Positions 38,107 to 52,953 of a stretch of DNA of 64,000 nt are shown here, piece by piece. The DNA comes from Octopus vulgaris (Eukaryota). Made by a program: the position numbers and the translations under genes. How positions within the stretch are numbered: the first letter of the stretch is position 1; each line of letters opens with the position of its first letter. Under the pieces are notes generated by a model. It ran no database searches, had not been told where the DNA came from, and saw nothing but the letters and a program-made list of their open reading frames with translations. The stretch is taken from contig OX597823.1 in assembly GCA_951406725.2 (NCBI GenBank), forward strand, positions 46,500,001 to 46,564,000. Reading direction: 5' to 3'.

Positions 38107-39215
38107 ATACTATTCAACATTTGGTAGTTTTGAGACAAATTTCTATTGTATCACCTGCTACCTCTCTGTGTTGCTGGGGTGTGTGCTGTATTGCGTGTTC
38201 TTTTTTCCTGTCTGGGGAGTGCAGACTCTTCCTGGTATCATATTGCGTCAGTTTCTTTTGCTATGGGGTCTAGTTGCAGTCTCTTGTATTAGTGATTGTA
38301 TTTTATGTAATCAAGTTGTTTATTTTTTTTTTGTTGGATATACAGCCTGTTGATCATTGTTTGTTTAATTGGATATTTGTTATATAGAGTGTATCTTGTG
38401 TGTGTGTGGATTGTATCGTTTGAGTTATTTTATTGAATTGATAGTGTATTGCGTAAGATATGGGCTGTTCCTAAAGTGTTATCTTTTGGATAATGTATAG
38501 TGCTGAGGGTCCAGGTATAGCTTCTACATTTTTGTTCATGTTTCTTTTTTATCATGCTCTGTGCTCCAATTATTACTGGTATTGCTTTCACCTTTATGTC
38601 CCACATCTTGGATACTTCAAATTCAAGCTCTTTCTACTTTCACAATTTTGGGCAATACTTTTGTCAGAAGGGATTGCAATTCAAATCAGTAAGTAGTTGG
38701 GTTTTTTTTCTCAATCCTTGATTACTAAGAGTAGGCGGTTAACTTTTCTTTCTTTGTCAGTTTGAACAGGCATATCCCAGATTATTGTGGACTTGTCGTT
38801 GCTTTGTACCTTGTTTGGTACATACCTATACAATTTCTTGTCAGTTTTTATGTAGTAGTCTTTGCATATTGTCTGGTGAATATAATTACTTACTCGGTTA
38901 TGTCTGTATATATATATTCAGATCTGGTAAAGATTGGACAGCCAAAGATGATGTGATCAACTCTCTCGTTGTTGCTAGTTACACATTCTGCATTTGGTGT
39001 TAGAGCCTGTTTTCATCATTTTGCTTTTATAGTTTTTTGCGGTCAGGAATTATTCTTGTGCAGCGAGAACCAGTCTTTCCGTTCTATCTTGTAGTCCAGA
39101 ACTTTTAAGCCATCCCTAGTTTTTACTTGATTTCACTTCTCTGCCAGGCCTTGCAGGGTTTTGGCGATGGAGTGACTTTTTCTTAATTTCTTCTTTAGTA
39201 TGTTTTGTAGCTCTG

Positions 39216-39306
<91 letters not shown>

Positions 39307-40058
39307 CATTTTGTAGTTCTGTTCTTGCTTTTTGTTTCTTTGACCATTTCTGCCTTGATGTCTCGTCTGAGAACAGTGCATCTGTGTAGTTTCTGTTTTG
39401 TGTATTTGCCGCCTCCTTGTGTATAGAGAAAAGCGATTTCTTTTCCTCATGTTGCTTTATTATATGTAGTAGTCTTCCACTCTTTGTTTCTATTTACTTC
39501 CCTAGTCCAACTATTGTTATTTTATAGTAGTTCTCTGTGTCAGGAATCCTTCCGTGCTGGGGAGATACATTCTGTCAGCATCTGCTTTGGGGTGGTGACT
39601 TCGGTATTCAGCTAAAAGTTTTCTGGATTTTCTATTTAAGTTTCTGAAGTCACTGATCTTCCAGTTTATTATGTTGAGGCAGTAATTTATGCCTGGTATG
39701 GTTAGCGTATTTACTCCTATTATCTTATTTTTAGCACTGAGTTCAGTGTTTAACATTAATCAAACTCCTCTGTAATACTCTCTCCTAATTTTCTTTTTCA
39801 TTTCTGTGTGTTGTATTTTAGCTGTTTCGTCTACTCTTGGATATTCGTATGGGCGATTGTGGTCTAATTCTCTGATTTCTCTGTCTATGTCGAGTGTAGT
39901 GTTTTCAGTGCTGATTCTCACCGTCACTTCAGCACATTTGTTCAGCCCCATACTCAACCCGATGTCCTTGCTGAAACTATGGACAATTTTGAAAAGGTTT
40001 CTCTATTCTGTGGTATTTGTAGTGAAAATCTTTTAGTTATCCATGTATAGGAGATGGT
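38107..40058 (-). pseudogene. R4/Dong-type non-LTR retrotransposon remnant (RT C-half, zinc knuckle, RLE, 3' UTR)
   Basis: HLLYMDN (decayed YMDD), GLNKCA, LNTELSAKNKIIGVNTLTIP...HHPKADADRMYLP, LVLAAQE, IDHIIFGCP, DMPVQTDK and GTAHILRNTLSIQ*. The 3' end abuts (TAA)n. Confidence 0.9.
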
Positions 40059-41111
40059 ATCATCATCATCATCAAATTATGAAGAACTTGTTTTTGACCG
40101 TTTCTTTAACGCAGAACACAAAGATTTCGTCCTCGAAGTTAAGTTTCGAGCTCGAACGCACGAAGAGTGGAAAACCGTTCGACGGTCAAGATGGCAATGG
40201 TGCAACATGGCAAGAAGATCGCAATTCAGTCATTAAAAGAAAGGTTGGGTGCGTGTTATTCAATTCCACGCTGAGGTGTCCGACTTTTCAGTGGCACTTT
40301 GTTGACAAGTTTGTAGTGAATGGTGGGGAAGAGGCTGCAATGGACACTAATTCTACTAGTGGCTCTCGTGGTAGAATGTGTAGTACTGCAAAAAGCCAAT
40401 GATACCAGCAGAAATATTGATGGTGATGGTAGAGGTTTCGGTTAATAAATTACCCCTCGAGCTTTATTTATATATGTCAAGCTATATCGCAATTGTTTTA
40501 TCTCCTTTTTTCCCATCTAATTTCTTTGTAATACCACTTCATTCTTTTATCACGTGTCAGCGTAGTGTTCCTTTTATGTCACCGCGCGGGCAATGAAATG
40601 AAAGTATTGGATTACCAGAATGGTTAGAATGTCGACCAGAATGTTTTGCGGTATTCATGCTTGCTATTTACGTTCTGAGTTTAAAACCAGTCGAAGTCAG
40701 CACTTTTATTCATCTTTCAGGGATTGATAAATTGTAGTACACAGTCAAAGTACGGAGATCAATTTATCGACCTCCTTTTTTTTTTTTTATTGGTGATCTT
40801 GGACCTATTTTAAAAGAAATGGAATGGCTGAATCATGCGAAAGTCGGACAAAATGCCCAGCCTTATTTTCTTCCGTCCATTTCGTTATAAGTTCACATCT
40901 ATTTAAATCAACTGTATCATCTCAGGTTTCGTCAAATAAAGAACCTGTGAAGTATAGCGATCGATATAATCGACTGTTTCTCCTCCAAACAAATTTTTTG
41001 GTTTAGTCCTCTGATCAGCAAAGATTATCAGAAATATAAATAAATACGTATATACCTTTGGCCTTGCAATAAATTCTACATGTTGCTGAGAAAGTGAAAA
41101 TATAGATAAAT

Positions 41112-41143
<32 letters not shown>

Positions 41144-41411
41144 AATTTAAGGCCTAACTGGCATAATGTTTATATTTGCATATCAGAAAATATGTTCAAT
41201 TTCAGTATATCAGGCTTGGAAGTTTATATGCAACCCTAGTTTGTTGCGATTTAATTATGAGTAATATATCGTGAATCAATTTAATTGACTAAACATAAAT
41301 AACCTTGTATCTACTCAAAAATGAATATTTATCAATATTTATTGCTGATATGTTTATTTTTGATTGATTGCCTGTATCCGGGCAATCCGAGTGTATGTGT
41401 GTGTGTGTATT

Positions 41412-41533
<122 letters not shown>

Positions 41534-41767
41534 AATTCATATCTTTCTGAGTATCTGTGTTTGTAAGTTTCTGTTCATATGGTTGTCTGTCAAAAAATTT
41601 ATGTGTGCGTATATATGATTTTATATTCACTACATCGCTGATCTGTTTTATGTGTCTGTTAATTGTGAGCAAAATATGAGAGCATGAGCTTATATATATA
41701 TATACACCCACGCGTATGTGAATATCTATAATTATATATATATATTTGTATGTAAGTATGTATGTAT

Positions 41768-41843
<76 letters not shown>

Positions 41844-42929
41844 GTATATATATTTATGTATATATATATGTATATATATATTTTTATGCATGTATATGTA
41901 TATGTCTATGTATATGTATATATGTATATATATATATATATATTTGTATGTATGTATATGTATATATGTATATGTATATATACACATATATATATGTATG
42001 CATATGTATATATATGCATGTATTTATATGTATATATATATGTATGTATATGTATGTATATGTATGTATGTATATATATATATGTATATATATATGTATG
42101 TATATATATGTATATATATATATATGTATGTGCATATATATACACACACATATATACATATGTTTATAAACATATATTTATGGTTTTGTGATGAGGGGAA
42201 GGTGTATGTGTTTTACTTTACGTGTATATGAGTGTAAGCACATGCATGAGAATATGCAGGCGTTCATACGTATAGCCATTTGTACCATTGATCGGTGATT
42301 ACATTCTCTAATGCAGATAGTCGAAATATTAATAACGTGAAAATAACTGATATAAATATCCTCCTCTTTAAAGCTATGTGTGAAGAGAGTTAATACAGTT
42401 TGCATGCTTCATATATTTCTGGTTGTATAATAAAAGACCTCTGTAAGTTTTCGAGTGCAGTTCGTAATCAGGTCACTAATATAGAATGTTTGAACAGTTT
42501 TCAGCAACATTATTAATAAGAGAACACTCCTCTGAGAGGATTGTCACTGAATGGAATAACTTGCTAAAACCAGTTGTTAATGCCAGTTTTATAAACAAAT
42601 GGATAAGAGATTGGCGAAGTTAAATTCTATAAATCTCATTTGTTTTATTTCTTTTTGTGTTGCTGTAGTCTGTACTCTGTTATGGTGTCTGGTCTTTCTC
42701 TTCAATTTAAGCATATATCATAATTTCGTACTATACAAAAGCATTATCAAGTAGCAAAACTGTTAATGGATTGTCCTTCCTAAGACTAATTTTATCGGTA
42801 TCTAGCTGAGAATTCATTTTGCCTTAGACCAAAGGAGGTGTCCCTTAATTAGCGATAAGGGTAAAAATCTTACAATCTAACGACTCAATAACTGGGAATT
42901 AGCTCTGGTGAAAAAGTCTGTAACGCGAG

Positions 42930-43235
42930 AACCCGTGGCAGGGTGGTTAAGTTATTCGGCTCAGGATCGTAAGGTAGAGATTTCAACGATCGTAAGGTTG
43001 CTGTGCTCTTGAGCAAGACACTTTATTTCACATTTCTCCAGTACACGCAACTAGCAAAATGAATAATACCTGTATTTCAAAGGGCCTGCCTTGTCACACT
43101 GAATCTCCATGAGAGCTACGTTAAAGGTATACGTTTCAGTGGAGTGCTCAGCCAATTGTACATTGATTTCACGAGCAGGCAGTTCCGTTGATAGGATCAA
43201 CTGGAACCTTCGTCATCGAAACCGAAGGAGTGCCA
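42930..43235 (+). mobile_element. SINE with CORE-like head and family-B tail (old copy)
   Basis: GTGGTTAAG head, GCTCTTGAGCAAGACACTTTATTTCAC core, then the ACCTGTATTTCAAAGGGCC...GGAGTGCC tail. Confidence 0.8.
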
Positions 43236-44699
43236 AAATCTGTAACAGAACTCTGAAATAATGTGCTTCTTGTTTTAATGTACACTAAAACTGAGGAAGG
43301 GAGAACTGGAGGGATTGTTAAAAGAAAATGAGTAATGAAAAATATAAAAGTTGAAAAGTACTAAAAAGTCATTATGAAATGTAATGAGATTAAAACTGAT
43401 TACATGTAATCATTAGAAGATTGGTTAAGACAAAAATAGAGTTTGTGATTGTTTCTGATAAAGAATTAAATATTAATCTAATCCTGCGCATGGAAACGAG
43501 CATGGAAAGATATGACGCTAAAAATATCGGGTGCAAATTTTGGCACAAGGCCAGCAATTTCGGGGAAGAGGTGAGACGATTACATCAACTTCAATGCTCA
43601 ACTGGTACTTATATTATCGATCTCGAAAGTATGAAAAGTAATGTTGACCCTGGTGGAATATGAAATAAAGCGTTAAAAATATTGGTTTCACATTTTGGCA
43701 CAAGGCCAGCAATTTCAGAGGAGGGATCAAGTCGATTACATTACCCCCAGTAACCAACTGGTATTTATTTTATTGACACCAAAAGGATGAGAAACAAAGT
43801 TAACCCCGGCGGAATTTTGAGCTCAGAACGTAAGGACAGCCAAATTCTGCTAAGTATTTTGCCTGGCATGCTAACGATTCCGCCAGCTCACTGCCTAAAA
43901 GTGTTAAAAATATTAAAAAAGTGTATTGTTATAAACTATAGTGAGATAGAAATTTCTCATGTGGGCTAAGACTGAAGAGGAGAAACAGTGAGAATGCATG
44001 ATTATTCCCTTAAAATTGTCTAGTTTTACATATCCACTCAGGTGGTCGTATGATTTTCCAGTGTACCAAGAAGTACTTCTGGAAGTGGTGATATTTAGTG
44101 GAAACATCATTACTGCTCTTGATATCTCTTCTTGAATATGCAATTTTTTACTTCCTATATCTGGAGAATTTACATATCTCGAGACTTTCTAATTAATATT
44201 AGTATTCTAATTAGTATTCTTTCACACTCTAGACATGGCTGGTTTTGTTTTGCATTCCGATCTCCTACATTTTTTCATCAGTTAATTCAGTTACCTTATA
44301 TGTTATTAAATTTCTACATTGTGAATACAGTTGTAACTCAGTTTAAGGTTGTTTATGTTGCATGTTCTCTCTCTCTCTCTCTTTTTTTGTATCATTATTT
44401 GAATGAAAAGTGTTAGTGGATTAAAGCTGGGAACTTCTGGTCTGTAGTATTGCACAGCATTATATTCAACACTTAGAAAAAGTGTGAATCAAATAATGTT
44501 ACATCGTCTCTTACAACTAGTTGATAACGTAGGTTAGGAATATATGTGACCTTATCTTTTAATCCACTAACTCTTGCCATTTATTGTACTTGGGAGACCG
44601 CATTTATGCGCCGCCATTCTTTATTCTGCTTCGAAATACAAAAAAAAAAGACCTGATGTAAACTTTCTGGACAACTTCGCTCGCTTTCTTCATTGCCCA

Positions 44700-46390
44700 T
44701 GACGTCGTTGCAATCTGTATCCCACTTGTATTTAACCATATCACATATCCTATTCTTCTCTGACACATATATTTCTCAGATCCAATCTCAAATGCCAAAG
44801 ATATATTCTCTTTTCTAAATTCGCTCCAAAAGGCGATGTCTGCCAGAACCTCAGCGTCAAAGATTTCCTCCCCTCACTCCTCCAAAAATCTCTGGGCCAT
44901 CAATCATTCTCTTGACTCATTGAACAAAAAGTATCTCTTCGACTATGTTTCGTCTTGCATTGAGGACATCTATGTAACCTTTCTCTTCTCCGAAGGCACT
45001 ATTCATAGTAACTCCCAAATTCACGGCTCCACATAGCTCTCTCACTCATCACACGTCTATACTGACATTGCAGAAGCCGAGTCTTTTGCAACTCTCACTT
45101 CAAATTGTCTCTTCCCTTGATCGCATCTCAGATATGCACCTATATGAAACACCCTAGACCATTCACCTTCAAATCGAATCTACACTACACTCTGTCTCTA
45201 TCGAGTCATCCTATCACTGTCTTATTACCTGCAACTAAACCCCACATATCCACATACCACACGTCATTCATTACGCCATGTACCATGTGGTAAGTCAAGT
45301 CAGCCAACTGCTTGGATTACCATCAGTTTTATGGAGACTATTTCTGCAAGCCATGTGCTTCACTCATCACTCACCGAAATCAGTTAGGCGAGGAACTGAG
45401 GGTATGCTTCTAGTCATTCCCTTCACATTAGGCACCTAGCAAAATTGTAACACCTAAGTCCACTGAATAGTTTATTTATAACTGTGCCGAAGCTATTCAA
45501 GCAAAAAGCAAAACTCTCAATGTCTCGCGATATTATTACACCTCTAAAAACTGGGTAGCATTTACTCAGGAATGCAGCAACTGCAGGTCAGTTACCTGAA
45601 CTACGTGTGATGACTTCATGATATCTCGACTTCTAAACTGCAGATGGTTCTTTTGGTCCCTTGCCCAAAGTATTTCTACCTGCTACACAGAATCTTCTTT
45701 CTCTCCCAAACAATGATTCTGTGAGTAGTACCTCAGCAGAGAAAGCCTCTACTTTCGATTTTGTTTTGCAGCTAGCTTGGCATTCTATACACTTGGCAAA
45801 ATCTCTACCAATTCTAACCTATTATCACTCTCAAGACTATCACCTTCCAAGCGCATACTGTGCGAAAGTAACTTCGGTTATTTCCTACCACCAACAAGGC
45901 CGTTGGCAATGACTATGACCCTCCCATTATCTTCAAACACTGCATCAAGAACTAGCCTCTCTTTGTACTATACTCTTTAATGTCGTTCTCTCTACACAGA
46001 CCAAATCTGATCTTTGGAAATTCGCCAAACAGAATGTACTATTGCGGTGTTTTGTTGACCAAGTTTTTTCTTCCTTCATTCTACCGACATCGGTTCACAT
46101 TTGACATTCACTCTATCTTATATATATTTATTAGCAACTAACTATCCGTCAAATCCAACGGTACACCCTCCTACACTTATGATACTATTATCCATACCAT
46201 TTGAATATTTCCCAGCCATGTATTATCTATCACACGCTAAACCTACAGTGACTTCATTAACTAAGAACACGAAAACATCCTCCAAAACAAATATACCAAT
46301 CAATCTCTTAACAGCAACAAAGTACAAACACTACACACACCGGTTCCAAAGATACTCAAAGACCATGTGTGCTACACCTTCTTTCTGAGA
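44700..46390 (+). pseudogene. ancient CR1/L2-group LINE remnant
   Basis: C/A-rich strand bias. A decayed KA.G.D...LK.C..EL...L..LF-like segment near 45890-45980 is typical of the region before RT. No long ORF. Confidence 0.4.
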
Positions 46391-48596
46391 CAGCAAGTAA
46401 AAAACATCGAATATCGTTTTATCGATGATTTGTGAAAGGTGGAGGCAAAATAGCGCTTATATACATTTCATTTCATTATAAATCCAAGCTATTTGTCTGA
46501 TTTAAATTAATGAATTACATTTTTGCCTCTGTATTTACATCATTGATAAGATTTTTATGCTTTCTTCAGGATCAGAGTCTATGTACTATTTTGCATTTCA
46601 TAAAGGATTTTATTTTTGTCAGAGGATAGGATTATTTTTTTTTTTATCTGTGATTGTACTTAATATTGATTTCAAATTTGGCCCAAGACAGCAATTTCAA
46701 GGGAGGGGACTAGCCAATTACATCGACCTCAATACTCAACTGGTACTTATCAACCCCGAAAGGATGAAAGGCAAAGTCGATCTCAGTGGCATTTGAACTC
46801 AGAACGGAAGAAATGCCGCTAAGCATTTTTCCTGGTACGCTAATGATTAAGCTAGCTCGTCGCTCTGTGACTGTACTTAATATTATATTTCAGTTTGCTT
46901 TGGAAGATATTGATATAAGAACGGAAATTGGTGTTGTTTTTAATACGTAAGTGATCGAATTCTTATGTTTCTTGATCTTTAATTTGCAGGAGGAAGTTAC
47001 GTGTTTTATGACTTAACAATAGGAAGGTTCGCGGATCTCAGAATCGTAGAAGTAAGCTTCCTGCGTATGCGTTTAACTAAACCAATTTCTCAGTAACTTT
47101 TTCCACATAATAAATGGTAAGGCAGAAATATTTTTTGTAGTGTAGCTGATGTATATTTTCGTAACTGACACTGCAGTCTTCCCTCATGAAGAATTCTCTA
47201 CAATATACTATGTTATATATGCACGTGTAAGTGTGTATGTGCCTGTTCGTACGTGTGCGTAATGTATGTATATGCGGATTGATTCACATGATATGAAAGC
47301 TGTCTCATTAATGGGGCATTTCTACGTAATGCATTATACTGTCACACATTTGTACGACAAGAATACAATTCTCTGTAAGTCTATACATTGATAAGGAACA
47401 GCAAGATTATCGGATTAATTTTAATTGCAGCTTTTATAACAACGAACTTTACTGAGACTATGCACTCAATACAGCAATTACACTTATTGAACTTACATAC
47501 GTTCATATGTTTTCGTGGATGTAATGCAAAAGATGTGCTGAGATTGTGTTTTGTCAATTTTTCTTTTTTTTTTCTGTACTGAAGGAAACTATTACGTCAG
47601 ATCTCCACTGGAGCATAATTTTGAGGCATTTAGTTGCGGAGAAAATGGATATTTAGCACAAAATACATAGGTAGCGTGTAAATGCTGCTCATCTGGGAGC
47701 GAATAAAAGGGATGAAAGCTAGCTTACTTGTACCATGACTGTCATACGACTTGCAGTCCATGAAATAGATGGACGCTTTGTTTGATTTACTAATGATCCC
47801 ATTATAGCTTTTGCAGGGGGCTTAAGATTTTATAATATTGTATGAAGGCAGGCTCGACCGGTAACGCCACCATCACCAACTTACCGATTTTTTTTCTTTT
47901 TTTGTTGTTGTTTTTGCAATAAAATAGTTTTTAACTATTAATGGTAAGATACTATGGATATATCTTGTCGGTAAACTTCCTTCGCGGTGAACTTTCTTCA
48001 CGGTGAATTGATGGCGGTGAACTTACCTGTAATCGTAAGATCTTTCTCATGCTTAACAAGCGTGTTAACAAGCGAGAGTACGTGTTCCCTAGACCTGAGA
48101 GAAATTCTCCTTAAGATGGCGGGCTGGCAGAATCCTTCGCTCGCCGAGAAGAATGCTTGATGGCATTTCGTCCATCTTTACATTCTGAGTTCAAATTCCG
48201 CCGAGGTCGACTTTGCTTTTCATCCTTTCGAGGTCGATATAATATGCACCAGCTGAAGACTAGGATTGATGTAACCAACATCCGCACCTCCCAGAAATTG
48301 CTGGCCTTGTGACAAAATTTGGAATATTTACTCTCCTTGAAATCATGCTCTAAATTCTCAGATACCTCCGAAAAGACGGAATGCCTTTGATCAAATAGAC
48401 GTTTGATCAAGAGTCACTTAGAGATGGACACTAAAAATAGCTAGGTAAAAAAAAATAAATTCGAAAACTTTAGGGGAAGACTAACAAAAAAGTTAGAGAA
48501 TTTATCATGGCCAAAGTCTGTCTACGAGTAAAAGAACAGAATAAATTAAAATGTTCATTCAACAACTTACTTCTATCGCTCCATACTTATATATCA

Positions 48597-49003
48597 GTGG
48601 AGGCGCAATGACCCAGTGATTAGGGCAGCGGACTCGCGGTCGTAGGATCGCGGTATCGATTCCCAGACCGGGCGTTGTGAGTGTTTATTGAGCGAAAACA
48701 CCTAAAAGCTCCACGAGGCTCCGGCAGGGGATGGTGGTGATCCCTGCTGTACTCTTTCACCACAACTTTCTCTCACTCTTTCTTCCTGTTTCTGTTGTAC
48801 CTGTATTTCAAAGGGCCGGCCTTGTCACTCTCTGTGTCACGCTGAATATCCCCGAGAACTACGTTAGGGGTACACGTGTCTGTGGAGTGCTCAGCCACTT
48901 ACACGTTAATTTCACGAGCAGGCTGTTCCGTTGATTCGGATCAACCGGAACCCTCATCGTCGTAACCGACGGAGTGCTTCCAAAAAGAAGGGAGAAAAAA
49001 AAA
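48597..49003 (+). mobile_element. SINE family B full length
   Basis: TSD ACTTATATATCA at 48585-48596 and 49004-49015; A-rich tail. Confidence 0.93.
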
Positions 49004-49313
49004 ACTTATATATCACTCTAAGGCGAGGAGCTGACAGAAACATTAACTCGCCGGGCAAAATCTTAAGCGGTATTTCGTCCGTCTTTATGTTCTCTATTCA
49101 CATTCTACCGAGGTCGACTTTGCCTTTCACCTCTTCGGGATCGATAGAGTAAGTACCAGTAAAGAACTAGACTCGAGGTAATAAACTTACACCAACACCA
49201 AAGATTATTGGCCTTATGCGAGATGCTAAAACTATTTGTCTCTTTTCTTCCTACCTCCACCGTCTCTTTCTTTTCTCATTTCTCCTACTTTCTCAGATCA
49301 ATTTATTTATCTG

Positions 49314-49388
<75 letters not shown>

Positions 49389-49651
49389 GTCGAGCGATCT
49401 GTCTGTCTGTTTGTGTACCTAGCTATCTACAAGTATATGTATGTATTTGTGTATGCAGATATATATTCTGTAAATAATATTTTATACAAACTCAGAGCTT
49501 ATAAGCGATCACTGCTTCTCAAATCATCGCAGACAACGCTCATGTTTATTTAAAAAATCAACTCCGTGTTCGCTTATAAGCTTTATTATTATTTACAGAA
49601 TTGTCACTCGTCACCACTTCTTAAATCACTGCTCTACACATGCACTCATAA

Positions 49652-49682
<31 letters not shown>

Positions 49683-49966
49683 TGTATGTATGTATGTATG
49701 TATGTATGTATGTATGTATGTATGTATGTATGTATGTATGTATGTATGTATGTATGTATCTATGTATCAATCTATCTATCTATCTATCTATCTATCTATA
49801 TATATATATAATTTTTTTTCGTAATGAGATCAAAGGCCAAGGCTGTTTAGATTTTAGAACATTTATAGATAGAACCTGGAACTTAACTATGGTCTATCTA
49901 TAGCACTTATTCAGCATTACCTGACACCTTTAGGACTCAATGACACCATTACCTCTCATAACTTAT

Positions 49967-50086
<120 letters not shown>

Positions 50087-50106
50087 GTATGTATGTATGT
50101 AGTATC

Positions 50107-50166
<60 letters not shown>

Positions 50167-50702
50167 CAGAAAGAGAGTGGGAGAGAGAGATTCCCCTTAC
50201 ACATAAACAAAGTTTTATTTATATTTCATTGTAAATACATTTGTGATATTTAGATAAAAACCACAAGAACGCACCTGATCCATAGAAGGTTAAAAACTGC
50301 AACAAATTTTCCTCAAGCTATAATAAAACGTAATAATAATAGATGGGGAAATATGGAGATGAAATAGCAGACTAGTATCAGTATTTTTACAAAAGTCTAC
50401 CTAGAAGAAACTTACAAAGTCAGGTATGATATTAAACTTTGTACACATGAAATAACTCGGCTAATATAATGTTATACCAAGTTATATTGTTTGTATTAAG
50501 AACTTAAATCTTATACTACGACAAGACACCTAAATTCTTTAAACCACTTTCTTTTTCCGCTTGCATTTTCGTAAAACATTGTTTCTCGTTATGCTGGATA
50601 GATAGGTAGATAGATAGATAGATAGATTGACAATAGATAAATAGATAGAGAGTTAGATAAATGGACATAAATAATTACATACACACATGCATACACAGTC
50701 TG

Positions 50703-50820
<118 letters not shown>

Positions 50821-50880
50821 TATATACATACATATAAATATATATATATACATATATATATATATACATATATACATCAT

Positions 50881-51024
50881 ATAATTAAGGGCTAAAGAGG
50901 GTTATTCTAAAGCCAATACACTGATTTATCCATATATAATCCGCTTGCTATAGAATTGAAACTGAATGTTATATATTGACTCATTTCGGAATTAATCTAT
51001 ATAAAAGATATATTCTTTCTTCAT
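50881..51024 (-). mobile_element. (TA)n-embedded repeat with degenerate hammerhead
   Basis: Minus 51024-50973 reads aUGAAGA-A-AGAAU..AUCU/AGAU..AUUCC-GAAA-UGA-GUC^AAUAU. The 5' side is lost into (TA)n. Confidence 0.55.
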
Positions 51025-51048
51025 ATATACATATATATATATACATAC

Positions 51049-51207
<159 letters not shown>

Positions 51208-51284
51208 AAAAATGTGACCGCGTGTGTACTGTTCGCGATTTTTTTTCCTCTGTCTTCCCTTCTCTGGATCTTTCCTTCTCCTAT

Positions 51285-51319
51285 GTTTCCGACGAAGAGC
51301 TCCGCTCGAAACGTTAAAC
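51285..51319 (+). ncRNA. 35-nt minimal type I hammerhead motif, U4C core variant, inside repeat 51208-51420
   Basis: GUUU-CCGACGA-A-GAGC(UCC)GCUC-GAAAC-GUU^AAAC. Confidence 0.75.
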
Positions 51320-51579
51320 CCTCCTTCTTCCCTTCTTTCCTGAGCGTCCAATAATACTTTATTTGTTCCACGTCCTCGCGTTGTTGTGTTTTCTCTTTGT
51401 GTTTTCATGTTTGGATTGACTATATATATACATATGTACATACATATATATATGTATATATATATATACATATGTACATACATATATATATGTATATATA
51501 TACATACATATAATTACATGTATGTGTGCGCGCGCGTATGTGTTTGTGTGTTTGCATGCAGGACGAGATAGAGACCTGG

Positions 51580-52290
51580 TATCAAGAAGTCCATATTCGA
51601 AATAGTCACCTTGCGCAGCAATACACCGGTCCCAGCATTCCACTGACTTTTGGAATCCGGTTTGAAAGTCGTTTTCCATAAGCGATTCGAGGATCTTCTG
51701 AGATTCGTTCTGGATCTCGATAATCGTGTTAAAATGACAATCTCTGAGCTACATTTTCATCTTGGGAAAGAGATGGAAGACCTCAGGTGTATTGCTGCGC
51801 AGGGTTACTATTTCGAATTAGGAATTTTTGATGGGGGAAAAGGACAGGTGTGGAAGCGATACCATGTTGCTTATGGTGAGAAACTCACAAGTGAGGAGAG
51901 CTCGGAGACCGGGTGCATTGTCGTTGTGACGAATCCAGTTCCTCACGCTCCACAGATCCGGTTGCTTTCGCTAAATATCCTTCCTCAGACGTTTTCTAAA
52001 CGTCGCAGTAGAATTCTTGATTGACGATCTAGACCTAGGCGACGAATTCTCGATGCTCAACACCGCAGATGTCGGGAAAATAAAACGACGAACATGATTT
52101 TGATTGAGTTGCGACTTTGTCGTGCCTTTTTGAAGCGCCCGTGCCACTCGAAAGATTGCGTATGACCAATTACCTCGTTGTCGTATGCTTGCCGAAGCAT
52201 GCCCAAGTTTAACGCAAAATTACACTCTAGCTCTTTGTTCCAACTTCCTGTCCATGACAAAATCGCAGACTACTGCATACAACGATGCAA
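51580..52290 (-). pseudogene. rearranged mariner transposase remnant
   Basis: MLRQAYDNEVIGHTQSFEWHGRFK (HTH), HLFPKMK and FQTGFQKSVECWDRCIAAQGDYFE (C-terminus). Internally deleted. Confidence 0.85.
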
Positions 52291-52592
52291 TAGATAAACA
52301 AATGCATAAACAGAATCGGATGTACAAAGTGACATTCTCTAATTCTATACAAAATGAATAGTCACGTTGTTTGATAAGAAGCTGCATATATTATATATCT
52401 TAAGTCTAAATGTCGTTACATAAATATTTTTAAAATTATCCACCCAATATTTATATACATACATACATACATACATACATACATACATACATACATACAT
52501 ACATACATACATACATACGTAATTATGTATGTATATATATAAATATTGGGTGGGGGGATAATTTTTAAAATATTTATGTAACGACATTATAT

Positions 52593-52915
52593 ATTCGATA
52601 GAATCTGGGCACATCAACATGTACGATGCCAGAAATGGTTAGGTACGGTAACATAGGGTTTGCAATGAGGTAACACAACCATAAAGGTATCACGGAGTCT
52701 GGACAGATTTCTTCAAGAAATACTGGATAAGCCACCCATACCTGGATACAACCTACTCAACAAGAACTCACTACTTGAATGGACTATAAACAAAACTTGA
52801 CTTAAACAGGCTTTAGATAATCCTATCAGGTGGTGCTATTAAGTTAGACATGGCCTAGACCAATCTTTGGTCGAAACATATCTAAGTTTATCTAAGTTTT
52901 CATATATATACACAC

Positions 52916-52953
<38 letters not shown>

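Noticed and set aside
52844-52885. GACCA/TGGTC-GAAA-CATATC hairpin
   Set aside because: No CUGANGA-like core; it folds as a simple two-stem hairpin.
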